From contig NEEC01000016.1 in NCBI GenBank assembly GCA_002189035.1, positions 1,426,001 to 1,490,000 of the forward strand: a DNA stretch of 64,000 nt, given 5' to 3'. Both the position numbers and the translations under genes were made by a program. Source of the stretch: Utricularia gibba (Eukaryota; Plantae; Magnoliophyta). This document shows positions 1 through 14,735 of this stretch, piece after piece. Every line of letters starts with the position of its first letter. The stretch's first letter is position 1. The notes beneath the pieces are model-generated. The model searched no databases, was not told where the DNA came from, and saw only the letters and a program-made list of their open reading frames with translations.

Positions 1-599
1 ATTTTATAAGTTTTCAAAAATTTAGATCCACAATAATTAATTACAAACTTTAGGTTTTTTCTAACAACATATATATCAAATTGTTTTAAAAAATAACGTT
101 CAATCTTATCCTAATTCACTTGGAACTAAAATATAGTCAATTTCGCAAATACAATTGTTTATATTTATAATAACTGTAACCAATCATTTATAATTATATC
201 AATTCCAAATATATGTTGCATCTATATATAATAATGATATAAAAAGAGAAAATATTTTTATTGTAAAATTAAAAGCCCAAAATATCCTTATGATCATTAT
301 TTTTTCACTAAAATTATCATTATTTTCTCATAATACCATCGTTTATGAATTTTGTCTAGATATTTTTTTATAGATATTTAAAAAGTAAAGATATAGAAGC
401 ATCTTATGATCTAAAATATAGTGTATATGATCATACTAAAAATACTCATATTTGTTGAAATCTTGTAACCCTACATATTTTTAACAATTAATTGTATAAA
501 TTTTTATGTTAATTTGTTAATATGACACTCTAATTTATATAAATTAACAATTCACATTTAAAAAAATTGGATACTTAGAAAGAAACTCATTCAAATCTA

Positions 600-2450
600 T
601 CCTCAATAGAATGAATTTCTTGTTACCATATTATGAAAGATAATGAAATCGGAAGCCATACTTCAGAATGAAAAAGAATTAGAAGTGATTCTTCAATACC
701 ATAAGTTCAAAAGCTTGATAAGTAAAGAGTGTTCAAGCATTCAAAAAAGTAAATTTCTCATAAGACTCATGAAATAAGCTAAAAATTCTTCAAAAAATGC
801 AATATTCTCAACATTATTCAAATGTTTATCACCATTTTATTGCAGTTCATCACTTGCCATTAAGGAGTTGTTTAAATCAAGAAGTAATCATTTTAATTTT
901 CAAATTTGAGTATACAGTAGATAATCTATATGTTACTTTATAAGTATAGAGTAGAATCTATTTGGTAATTTTTCATATATCTATTTGTTTGATTGGGTTC
1001 AGTCCGAATGTAGAATATACATGGAAATATTTATTTATCGACATACAATATAATATTGATAAGCATTATTTTTCTTAATTTTGAATGCTCGTTAAGTAAC
1101 ACAAATGTGATATAGTGTAACTGAATCAATAAGACTATGATTATCTTTAAAATGCATCACAACATATAAATTTATTTAGTTTTTATTATAATAATCAAGT
1201 GAAATAGTTATATTAATGTCATTTGTCCACATAAATGATTCAACATTTGGACAAGTTTGAGTTACATAAATTTTATTATTCATCGATTCTTCTTAATATT
1301 TTAATATTTCATTGAATTTGATTATTTCTTCTTTATTAATACTAACTTCTTTATCAATATATATATTAATAGAGATATTTATATTATTTTAATCCAAATA
1401 TTAAAATTAGAGGAATTAGATGTGTACTTGAATCCGACTTGTGCAATTTAAGTCAGATAAGTCTAACCTACCATAAGTTGATATTTTACTCGATTCGTGT
1501 ATGTATCAGCAAACCTAATGCAAACTCAAAAGTATTAGCTCCAAAAGATTTCAAGCAGTTGCAAGTCAAATAATTCTAACAATCAATTTAAAAGAATATG
1601 AATACACAAAATCAAATTTTTTAAGTTTTTCTTCCTCCTTCATCCTAACTTGGGATTGACAATAATTATCAATTATGAAGTTAAAAAAAGTTTTTAAGAA
1701 AAATAAAAAGGAAAAACTCTACATTATATTCTTAATTAACAATTTCTATCTTTTCACCCACGTCTTAATCATCCTTGTCACTTGTTAACAAGTTTTGTAA
1801 TTTGTTGTTAACTTGCGACCAATCGTTTAAGGATATATAAGTTTCCAAAGTTGTTGATGCCAAACATGATCTCTTTAAAATAATAATTCTTCCACTAACA
1901 ATGAAAGTACTTGCAAAGGCACTCGTCGAAACTAGAGGTGTGAGAATATTCTTGGCGAATTGAAGCTACATTTGTTTTGTAAAATTAACAATAAATGTAT
2001 TATCACCTTCTAAAAAAGATTTTTTTATTAGCAATTAAAGTAAGCACATAATCAACTTCAACTATATTTGAATCAAATGTTAATTTGGAACTAATATTAT
2101 CACTGAAAACATGCAATTTTAGCTGTCTAAGATTTGAAGTATCTCGATCATGGTATTCGTCTTTAATATGATGTAAAAAATTGATAGTATGATTATCTTT
2201 ATTATGGTTATACAAAATTCAACAATGCTTACAAATTATTTTATTTTTCTTCATGTCATGCATGAAATGGCCATGCTAATCTAGTGAAAATGATTAGCAT
2301 TTATTCAAAGTCGAAAAAGCTCCTTTGGCATCTCCAGCACATTAGTCCTCTATTTTGATGGTATCGACATAAATGTTTTCACTGTCTAACATATTTATCC
2401 TCTATTTAACCATCTACAAGTAGTGAAAAGAAATAAAGTAGGAGAAAAAT
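600..2450 (-). mobile_element. Degraded hAT transposase remnant; limits approximate
   Basis: Minus strand about 1970-1880 translates to QFAKNILTPLVSTSAFASTFIVSGRII, resembling the hAT C-terminal dimerisation motif (LAxDILxxPVSTVASESAFSxGGR). The surroundings are AT-rich with no long ORF. Confidence 0.5.
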
Positions 2451-3169
2451 TGATTTAAAAATCGCAATGAAAACTTATAGAGAATTATAAAAGTGAAATT
2501 CTTTCAAATTCTAAATATAAAATTTGAAAAGTTAGTGTTAAATGTATTAGACTTGGACTTAATAATTAAACTTGACAAGAAAAAAAGAGATTGGATCATT
2601 ACATTAATTTCGAAGTATTTTTTGTTATAAAAAAATCGAATTTTTTATTTTTTATGGAATAGAATCATCACGATTTTAATCTGAATCTGAGGTTTTAAAT
2701 TAGTTCATAGGGTATTAATAAGAAAATAATATCAATTCAACAAAAAAGTAAAAAAAAAAAAGATAGATTATAAACAAAAAAATGAATTAAAGAAAAAATG
2801 GGTAAATATAAGATTCAAGAGACCCCTAAAAATAGACATAAAGACAATTGAGCCGACTTGATAGTTTGATAAGTCAACTTGTACTTGTGAATATGAACTC
2901 AACTTATATTCATTTTCACATAAGCACGAGTCATAAATCAACTTACTACAGGTCAAACACATCTCTTTTGATCAATGAATTGATTTGTTTTTGCGTTCAT
3001 CTGTAAAAGAAACAGAATTTAATTTTGAAGCTGTAATGAAATAGAATCTTTAAAAAAAATTATAAAATATAATTTCTAAATATTAAACTTTAAATCATTA
3101 AATTTTAAACTTTAAAACTTAAATTCAAAACCAAAAAAAAAGTGCCGATGACGGAGAGGATGAGTAACA

Positions 3170-6100
3170 TCAGAGCAGTAGTTTGCACTGCCAAGAGAAT
3201 GCATCGGAATTGGCAGTCTCCTTTTGGTAAGCCGCGATGTACCGATCCAGATCGAGAGCCGCATCGTCGATCGTATCTGAAGTCATTGCATCGTCTACTA
3301 GTTTAACAGCTGCGATCTGAGATATCTGGAAATTCTCGCAACATCGCTGCAGCTTCCGGGCCGCATCCTGCTCCTCGATGATGATCAGGGTGCTTATCAG
3401 AGACTTCAGCTCGTCTTTCGCTCCCTCGCTCAGAGACATCCCTCTCAGATGCTCCACAAGTGCCGTCTCTTCGTCGGGGCTGCAGGCCATGAAACCATCC
3501 ACACGTTACAAAAGAAATGGAAATGTACACAAGAGAAAGAAGGGAGTTTGCCAAACCTTCTGGCCCTGATTTTCCCCTTGTTTCTTTGGCGATTTCTGCC
3601 TTTTGTGTGCGTGTTGGTGGAGGCGGAAGAATTCGTACCCCTCAGTGTTCTGAAAGAAGACAGTTAGTTTACCGGTCGAAAGGAAAACTTTGGAAAACAA
3701 AGGAAGAGGATTTGTGGAGTGGAGGTAAGTAAAAGGTGTACCCTTTGGTGTATGCACTCATTCCGCTGACATCGCTGCTTGCTAGTGAAGATGTCTCATC
3801 ATCAAGGTAACCGTCTGGCTGCTCGTTTGACTTGATTGTTGCTGCAAGTAATATTCTTCTTTGACGAACTCCCAGGTAACGAGTCAAGTACTTGGCAACT
3901 TTGTCCGCCTCTTCGCTGTATTCCAGTGATAGTGTCTCAGCACATTCTACAGCAGATTTCTTTACTAGAGAAACTAAATCATCTCTTCTGTGCAAAAAAG
4001 CTATGCGCAATGCCTCTACCGATTTTCTAGCATCAATCATGAGGCGAACTCCACTATCAATATCGGAGCAGTACTCCGTAAGGATTTTAGCAGCATCTTC
4101 TGGCTTACCTAATGCCTGAAGCTCTTCAGCTAGCTCACGGGCAAGTTGCAAGATCTCATCCTCTCCGAATTTCATGAGGGAAGCAACCACGAGAGCCTTC
4201 ATCCAATTTCCACTAGACCGATATGCCTTTAATGCCTTATCCAAGTGACAACACTGCAAATACAGGGTTGCAGCGTCCTCGAAGCATTTTGTAGCAACGA
4301 GATGATCTCCAAATGCTTCAAGAACTTGCTGTTTTTTATGAGGGTCAGCAATGAGATTAAGTCCCAAAGGGTAGAGCTCTGGAACTTTCTTCATCAGGTC
4401 TAAGAAATCTTCATAGTATGCGTCGCCTGCAGATGCAATATTTCTCAAAGCACTCTCGTACCTCTGCAACTTAAGATCTACATTGTATTGCATCAACGGC
4501 ACTGACATTTGGTCCAGCTCTTGAAGAAGTGGCAAGAATTCTTTTGGATCCTTCTGTGAGTTTAAGGCAACTATGGCGGCAAGATTCAAATCATAAAGCC
4601 CTAAAGCAGCGTCAAAAACTGCCACTGGATCAGATAACCACAGTAAATGCTTCAGTGCCTCCTCGGACGAAGGATAAGATGATTGTCTAGGATCTGCAGG
4701 AGTAGACAGCTCCATTTCCCGGATAAACTTTACTCTCCTCAAAGACTCCTCCAGATCAGGGGGCTGCATTTTGCCAGAGTTGTCAAAATACATAGCTCCC
4801 TAGAAGGAGTTTCTTCAATCTGCTTTACAAGAGATTTCCTGATGGCCATCAAAACGCCATTTATTTTGCCACCAGCGTTTACCCTATTCAGTTCTTCACA
4901 GCTGGAAACTATGTTGCTACCTGTGGATGGCATGGGAACATAGTTTCTATACAGTGTCTCCATAACATTCTCTTCTTTAATAGCACAAACAAATTCAGTA
5001 ATATGGCTCAGATTATTGATCTGTCTAACGAAAGTGTCTGCTAAGTCAACAAATGTCTGCCAACCACAGTGGTCGGTAATGAAATTAAAATCTATCCTAT
5101 GCCTTCTAACCATGAGAAAAGCATCCCTAAGCCGCTCCTGAGACAATGCATTCATGATTGAACTGATCACAAGTTTCCTGGGATAAACACACTCAATATT
5201 TCCTCTTGGTGCTTGGAGTATGACAGCAGACTCATCTCCATGAAGAACACCGACAATTTCTGCACCTTTCTCCCATATGTAGCTGAAACTGCTTTCATCT
5301 CGCCCTTTTTTATTTTTTACAATGACAGGATGAAAATTCTCATACTTATCTTCCAGCTTCCCAAGCAAAATTTCATTCACATCAACAATAAACATCAAAT
5401 CTTGCTGAGTAGCAAGGACTAGATGTGTCATTGCATCTCCAGAATTGGAGTAAAATGCAAAACTGCGGCAGTTGTTGCACAAAATCTGTCTTCCCAGATG
5501 TAACCTTCCATGGCCATCCAGCCCAACCAGCAAGGCCTTATCATTTGTGGAGCCTAAGATTCGGACAGCAGTCATCCAAGGGCAGAGTGATGCAAAAGAG
5601 ATGTCCGGACGTCCCTGAAGGGCAGTTACCCGGTTCTTACCCAACTTGGACAAGTATTCTGAGACCTTTCCGCTATTAAATTGAATTAGTGCCGAATATT
5701 GAGTTAAAGGGTCCGGTGTCATACCAACAACAATATCTCCAACATGAATCTGATCAAGAATTTTAATATGCCATCCAGTGGCTGTCAGTGGACATAGAAC
5801 TGGACCTTCGGAACATTTGACTTCCATTTCTAGAATAGACATATTAGTGTCACTCTTAGCATGACTGGTATAGGTAACACCAAGGACAGCATGTGGACCC
5901 AACCACATCAAATGTTGCAGTATTCCGTAAGCTGTATGCTGAAAGGAAGCTTCAACTTCAAATGACCTGCCCTCAAACTGATCCCATTGATCAAGTGGTG
6001 GTAGTTCCACAAAAGACAAACTTCCATCAGCAAGAGATACAGCAAGCTTTTGAGAGATCTCAGAGGAAAATGCCATGTCCAGTACGGCAGCAGAAAATTC

Positions 6101-7850
6101 AAGGGTAAAAAAGTACATAGGAGGAGGTATCAATGACATGGAAAATGGTGTTACCCGTATTTTTGATCCATCAACGACAAAAGCTATTGAGTTATCCATT
6201 ACAGCAGTGATCCAGAAAAATCTGTAAGTGAAAATACGCCCATGAATTGTCCAGCAAATCAGATTCAATGGTTTTTCTGGATCCCAAATGAACTGCACTC
6301 TATCCTCCTTCAAATATTTGATTTCTTGCTTCAAGAACCAATGATAATTACTGAAATGCCATACTTTTAGAGAATCAAATGTCTCACCTCTGACAAGTGC
6401 TGCAAGAAGATCTGAATTACAACTGAACTTGAGACATTCTACGGTAACATCTAATCCCTCACTTACCTTAAATACACTTCTCTCAAGGCCGTTTTTCTCA
6501 AAAAGACCTATAAAGAGGCCTCCTTTTCCATCTTTTTTACCATAAGCAACTGCAATTTTAGATCCCCTACTTTCCCAATCCAAGGCGGATCCTATGAAGG
6601 GCTTTGACTCGGAAACAGAGTGAAGGGCCCCAGAATCTCGTTCCCAGACTTTCAGCTTCTTAGGAAGCTCAACAGAATGACGCATCCTTGCCAAGGATGT
6701 AAAATATTGTCCATCCCCTCTCCATGCAATCAAATCTCCAAAAGAATGATCAGCTAAATGTGATGAATCATCTGAAAGAAAAAGAAGGTCACATTACTTC
6801 ACATAGGAAACCGCACTTTTCAAGGCATGGATTCTAAGTGTCCATTTAAAACGTTTGGTCTGGAACTTAAGTTCAACTGTTCAAAAGGATACCGAAGCTA
6901 AGAAAAATCAGATACAAGAGAAGTAAACTGAAAGAAAATCACGGACCCTATAAAGCAAATGTCATGTCTCCAGACCCAGTCCTTTCACGGTAAACAAATA
7001 AAGCTCAACAGTATGAAATATATCCATAGCATGAAGATGTTTGAAACAAGTCCTTACGTACGTCAGGGTCATCAGGAACATCGTTCAGAGGAATCTCATA
7101 CAGAAGATCCCAATCAAGACTCATCACCAGTATCAGCCCCAAGCCAGTAGTGATGGCAAGAAGACCTCCATCAGGACTCGGTGAAATGCAGCAGACCCCG
7201 CCTTCTACATGACCAACAGTTTCTGTTGAATTATCATCGAAGGAAACAAGTAACAGCACTCCTTTCGAAGTTCCAATTATCAGCGACTCCTTTTCATACA
7301 GATATTCCAGGCCAGTAACAAAATCACCATCATCCAAATCAAGCAATTCTTCTGAGACTGAAGGAGTCTTTTCCATTTGCCCTACATCCTAGCGCCAAAA
7401 TAGGAAATGCAATCAATAAACCATAACAGAATACAATTCCGGAAGCGTAATTCAAAAAAAAGTTAAAAGCTTTCTGCCAACAGTGTGTTAGATTATAAAC
7501 TGACAATTTTCCACCATATGCTATCTTGCAATCTTATTGTCGCTCCTCCGCTTCCATTATACATCAGCTTACGACCCAAAAAGCACAGTTTCCTCCCCCC
7601 AGAAGGAATCAGCATCCCCATAATACACATGACCAAAAGCCGCAAACAAAACGTAGATAAACGAAGTAGAGAAAATAACCTTCACATTTGGAGAAGGAAT
7701 TTCGGTAGAGTATATAATATTGGCCGAGGAAGCGAAAAATATCCGGTTCCTCTCCATGTCTACAGCACACGACCGAATGAATTCGGCTCCTTTCCCTACT
7801 CGCAACTGCAACTCCGTCGAAACCTCCCATAAAAGCTTCAGGTTGTTCAT
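3170..7850 (-). CDS. ELP1: Elongator complex protein 1 (ELP1/ELO2/ABO1). Exons about 7850-7686, 7388-7058, 6771-3742, 3649-3557, 3479-3170. Apparent 1-nt frameshift at 4759-4763
   Basis: ORFs give MNNLKLLWEV..., IAWRGDGQYF, YPRKLV, MVRRHRIDFN, LNLAAIVALNSQKDPKEFLPLLQEL, RYLGVRQRRILLAA and SGMSAYT, all IKI3/ELP1 motifs. Introns are GT-AG and phases match. Confidence 0.95.
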
Positions 7851-9125
7851 TTTGGATTCCCCACGCTTTCACTCGAACCACATCCGGAATAGAAATGGCG
7901 GCAGAGAAAGCCTCGGAGAAGAAGAACCTTGGACTGCCTTTTTGAGCTTTCCACTATTCCCACGATTCATTGGGCTAAAATGTAATAAGCCCTAGGCCTG
8001 CTTTCCCATTTAGAGGCCATACATATTCCTTAGTTTTCATAAAATAATTTTTCAAAAATACTTATTAAAAATAAAAATTAAATTCTATAGTACCCTTCCT
8101 AACTTTTAAGTTTTTAAAAATAAAATCATTTGTATTTGATAATAACCTAGTTTCTAAAATTCTTTTTAAAAAATCTAATTTATTGTTATTTTTTAGTTAA
8201 AGTCTATTGATGATATTGAGAATTACAGTTAATATAAATAATTTAATATCTAAATTTCAAAATTACATTATAATTTCTTTAACGTTTTTTTTGTAATAAT
8301 TTGATTTTGAATTTATGAAATTTTATATTTAACCCCTCATAATAATAAAATTAACTAGTTTTGATTCTAATATTATTATAACGATGTTATAACGATACAT
8401 CGTTGTGAACAATATCTACAATTTTTATTCCCCCATTCTAATGGTCTTTACTTCTTCAAATACCAAAAATCATGATATGTGAATATGATATAAATCTAAT
8501 AGAGGTATTATTTGATTTATTGAATTTTAGATGTGAATACAAAAAATCTTAACCGAAATTTTGTTGGATTTGAAACCAAAGCCAATTCATGATGATGTGA
8601 ATAGATTTATCTTTTAAAAATTTTAAAAGCTTTTTGAGTGTTGATAATTTGAGATGTTTTTTTTCTATTAAACTCTTTATGATGAATGAAATTTTGATGT
8701 GTTTTTTTAATAATTTTTTATATTATATTTTATTTATTAAGATAAATTTTACTTGGTGTTTGATAGACTTGAATCGTATTTAAAACCATATTTTACTATT
8801 TGTTTTGTAATTGGTTACCTTTTTAAATTAGTTACAAAATATGTAATCAGACTAAAAACAATTTTTGTCAATTCCAAAATATTTATTTTTTAAAAAAAAC
8901 CTAAAATGGAGATCCAATTGTTTTGGAATTCTCTGTTGGGTCCCCCCTTGGAATTCCATCCACATTCACTCACCTCACCTATGCTTTGAATCCAGGTTCA
9001 TACGCTCACCCATTACATGGCGAGGTCAGTTGATTGAAACAGAGAGTCACAACACACACAGAAAGAAAAGAAAAGACAGGTAATGGATCAAGGACAGCCT
9101 CCTCATCGTTGCCTGAATTGGTGGA

Positions 9126-11126
9126 TCACATTTTCCTACAGCCAATCCTTCTGAGGGGGTAGTCTTTCACCAAAGAGAATCCTGATGATGCTGCAAACAC
9201 TGATGTTTGGTTACTGTTTTTGAGTTGTCCATTTATGGCTATGGACAATGGAGTTTCCCCCACGGTCCTGTGCTGCTGATAGTGATGAGCCTGTGGGAGA
9301 CAGCACTATGCGAGTAAGATCATGTTCTAAAAAATAGGGAACAGTCGAATGGTTCTGGATGCTTACACTGTAGCGTTGGAGGGTGGATGGGGAAGACGAC
9401 ATTGGAACCAGACGGAGTTGCTCGTCTGGGGACTTCAAGTTGGATTGGCTCAGAAGCTGCAAGGCTTCCATTTCTCCATATCCTTCCTTCCACTGGCAGC
9501 CGTCTCCGCCTCCCGGAGACGCCGTTGCCACAGATCCAACCTGCTGTAAAAGATTGGAAATCTACTTCATTTCTACACCCAAAGGAGAACGAGTAATGAT
9601 TTGTGCACACTGACATCTAACGAGCGTTTCCGGCCATCGGAGCCATGGCCAGAGTCTGCTGTACCCGGTTTTGTGACTGCATTCCCCAAACTCAGATCCA
9701 GATTGTAATCTGCTACTCTATTTGAAGACTCTGATGCACACGTTTCTGCGTTAGAATCATCTCATTTTGACATACTTGTGATGGATAGAATCCCAAATAC
9801 AGTAACCTGCAGTCATGGTCTCCTCATCGTAGATCCTGGGATCAAAGTTCGTAGCAGCTTCTTTCCCGTTGCATCTTAGTACAGCTCTATCATAAGCCCT
9901 GAAAGTGCATCAGACAGGCAGGAAACTAACCTCCCAGTTCAAGTATATGAACATCTGGTTGAGGATTAAACATGAAACCCACCTCGCAGCTTCGATTTCT
10001 GTATCGAAGAGACCCAAATAAACGTACCTGCGTTTCGTAAGATGTAGAAATGTTAGCTATGAGTAAATGACTCAGGATTTCAGGGTCGGGAAATTCGGAG
10101 GATTTTTAGCTCACTTTCTGCCCAGAAACTGGCCCATTCGAGCTTCCCATTTACCACACTTGTGCAAAGTTACTCCCTTGTATTTTGAACTTCCTCTAGG
10201 AAAAGCACTGCCTTGTCTTCTCAGAGCGTGCACAAGTTCTTCCTTGGTCAACTTCGCCATCTGGGGAGAAAGAAATTAAGGTTTAAGAATCAGAGTAAGT
10301 GGAAAAAGGGAAGATGAAATTTGGGCAGGTTCAGATACATGTTTAAGATCTTCGGCATAATCTTCAATGCAGAAATTTATGTCAGCATCGAGTCCTCGGA
10401 ACTTCAAAGCAGCTCTATCGTATGCTCTGCAATTTCCCGGAAAGGAAATGAAGGTTAAAATCAGTGCATTTTGATGCGGTTTTGTGAGGAGTACGAAGTC
10501 TGGCGAACGGAGAAATTACCGCGCCGCCGTGTGGGGGGTGTGGAAACCGCCTAAATAAACTTGCTTTCCACAGTCCCTGTGAAAATGAAGAAAAAAAGAA
10601 GGAAACTGTGAACTGCTGCATGTGAAGGAGATGAAACGGGAAAAGGACACCGACGAATTAAATTTATAATACTATTTGCCAGTTACCATATGTGAGATTC
10701 CCACCGGCCAGTTCTCCGGTAAAACGTGACGCCGCGATATTGTGAGCTCCGGGAACGTGGCCCACGGCGGTTCTTCTTATGCGGATTCGCTGCCCCCATG
10801 CCTTCCCCGCCGACAACTTGGCAGACTGTGGCTCCCATCCAGTTCGCTCTGAGGAAGCTTCTGGGTGCCCCTATCACTTCCTCACCGCCGCCGCCTACTG
10901 GAAAGAACTGCCGTGTTACCAGCGGCGCGGGGTAAGGAAACCCAATCATTTTTCCTGCGGTGTTCCTATTTGTCCCCCATCTCCTGTCCACATCCTCCTC
11001 CTCCGACGGATCCAAAACAACAGCCGTTGAGGAGTGCGAATCCGAACCGGAGTGATCGCCGACTCCTTTCCCTTGATCATCCCTTGATCCTTCCCTCCCC
11101 ACCAGAGAATCGTTCAGATTCCACAT
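9126..11126 (-). CDS. AP2: APETALA2-like (euAP2) two-domain transcription factor. Nine coding exons: 11126-10687, 10576-10520, 10426-10339, 10260-10115, 10027-9983, 9898-9807, 9730-9615, 9540-9367, 9290-9126
   Basis: MWNLND start, [41 protein letters not shown], second AP2 repeat, NLDLSLG EAR motif, AASSGF at the miR172 site. Exon sizes 88, 146 and 45 nt match the euAP2 pattern. Confidence 0.93.
9176..9196 (-). promoter_or_regulatory. miR172 target site in the last AP2 exon
   Basis: Minus strand TTGCAGCATCATCAGGATTCT, the canonical euAP2 miR172 site, in frame as AASSGF. Confidence 0.95.
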
Positions 11127-11322
11127 TATTTCCAACACAGAGCAACTACGCACGACAAACCAGGCCCATCATAGGTTGGAGTTAAAATCTCCCAGCCCTT
11201 CCTTCTCGACTGCAGTTTTTTCAAACAATTTCTAGCTCCCTGCTCATACTTCTGGGAGCCGAGTCAACAACTGGAAACCCCCCCATCACCAATCCCCATG
11301 TCTGCTCCTGTCCTTGAGCTCC

Positions 11323-11335
11323 CTATATATTTATA
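11323..11335 (-). promoter_or_regulatory. TATA box of AP2
   Basis: TATAAATATATAG on the minus strand about 200 nt upstream of the ATG at 11126. Confidence 0.55.
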
Positions 11336-12616
11336 TCCAGAATCCCCCTCCCTGCATCCACGACTTACCTTCGAGTAGGAATCTGTTGCCGTTGACTGTA
11401 TCGCCCTCTCACCCCCACCACTGTCGCCTCCCCCACCATAAACGACATTCCCGAAGTCAAGGGTGGGAAAATTGCAATAACACAAGACCGGAAAATGGAA
11501 TCCCCATTACCTTAACCCTACGTTAACCAAATCGAAAAGCGACAAATCCTCGCCCCGCGAGTGTCTGTCCCTCCAACGTCTGACTTGCAAGAATTATTGA
11601 ATTCTAAATAACAACGACATAATGAGCCCAATTGGTTACCAACACGTGGCAAGCTGGATTCCCGGAGTCGACAATTAGGACACGCAGATGCATGCGTGAC
11701 CGTACATAAATAAATAAATGCCTTAATTACCCCTAACAAGTAAATAAATCAGTCTTTTTTATCTTCCCAATTTGATAGAATTAGGAATTTATTTATCGTA
11801 TTTTTTATTTCCTTTTTTAACCTGTTAGTATTTATTTCATCTTGAGTGAATTAAATGGCACTTCGCCACGTATTATACGGAAGGCACACATACGGAATGA
11901 CGGATTGCGTCGGAAATTGTTTACCGTACATTTTTATAAAAAAATAAAGTAAATCCCTACTAACAAATCTTAACAAAAAATAAATTTTACAAAGGTGGAA
12001 TAAAAGCTATTTTTTTTATATAATTTGTTTGATTGGTAAATAAGAAATAGAAAGAGACTAAAATTATTTAAAATATTTTATAAAAGAATGATAAAATAGA
12101 CATATACTACATGATAATAATAATAATAAAATTATTTAAAGATTCTAATCTTTATTAGTTTCGTAATAAAATCAGAAATTAATATTCTGTAATTAAATTC
12201 AGAAATTATTGAATTTTTTAAATATCTATTTATAAAATTTAATTAGAAGAATTATATTATTCAACTGTTATCTATTTTAAAAATACACTTATAACATAAT
12301 ATTAAAGTATACAATAATTTGATATATTTAAAATACAATAATTTTATGTTACTTTACAAAACAGTTTTACAATATCAAACTGATTTTTTCATATAATCTT
12401 AAAACTGATTCGATGTTACATAATGTGAAGCATAGCTTAAAATTAACCAACATGCCCTTAAATTGAATGGGATTAAAAGTGCGTGTTCCTTCCTTTCTCG
12501 GTCCGGAATTCTGGGCTGGGTTTTAAAAAGTGGCTACGTGTCTGTCTACGGTCAGCTCTTGGGGTACTTACCTACCTACTTAAATATCATGTCTATCATT
12601 TCTTTATGTGGCAATT

Positions 12617-13127
12617 CAGTGTTTTAAAAACGTGGGTTAAAACCATGGTTGGACCCAGTTAGATCCGAACCCATGTTTTGGTGGGTTGGATCCAACTCTA
12701 TTCTTTACTTTTATTTTTTAAAATTTTTATTATTTATTTTATGATAATGGTTATGAATAAATATAAAATATGTCATACATATTTGATATATATTTTAAAT
12801 AAATCTTAATAATTATATTTTTACATATGTATTTATATTGATAGTAGAAAATAATTATTTATATTTAAATTATACATTATTTGAATGAGATATTAAATGA
12901 TAAATATGATTTTGATAAAACTTTTTAATGTAATTATATCAATTATTGAGAGATATATTTATATTTTTTATATTTTTAATATTGTGATATACTAAATTAT
13001 GATTTTATAATTATATTCTAATATTTTGATAAATATAATTCAAAATTAATGAACCCGGTTCAACCCATTTTAAAAACGGTTGAACCCAAAACCGGTTTAA
13101 TGGGTTCAACCCGTTTTAAAAACACTG
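12617..13127. mobile_element. Non-autonomous hAT-type MITE (511 bp)
   Basis: TIRs CAGTGTTTTAAAAACG and CGTTTTAAAAACACTG (one mismatch), subterminal AACCC repeats, AT-rich core. Flanks TGGCAATT and TGGCATAA look like a degenerate 8-bp TSD. Confidence 0.8.
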
Positions 13128-13656
13128 TGGCATAATTACTAACAAAATGTCATCACTCCACGTCATTTTTTTACTTATTTCCAACATCTAGAATGGTATT
13201 TGCGGCAGCCCAATAACATCTGGGCCGATCTCCATCATTTTACACATTAGAGTGCAAGTACAGGGGCGGCCCAGTTATAAGATGGGCCAGAGAGACATCC
13301 TCTTTTTCATAAAGGGAGCAAGTGCAGTAATGAACATTCTCGGACTCCTTGCTGATCTCCAGTATCCGTATCCTAATGCCATTTATCTCGAAAAAAAAAA
13401 AAACAGGAGATAGGATTCTGGAGGAGGGCGACCGGTCTGAGAAATGTTTGAATGGTGGAGAAACGCGACGGAGAGGATCAAAACGATCACTGGTGGATCA
13501 AATTTGCATTCTTTAGAGAGGCTGTTTTGGCGGTGGCCCCTTTGGGCCTGGTGATTCAGAAATGATGGATTGCATCGCATAGAGGAAAGGAAGAGGCTGA
13601 TGAGATGTACAGAGCGAACCTGATCAACCAAAATGAGAAGAGCTACGAGTGGGCAG

Positions 13657-14735
<1,079 letters not shown>

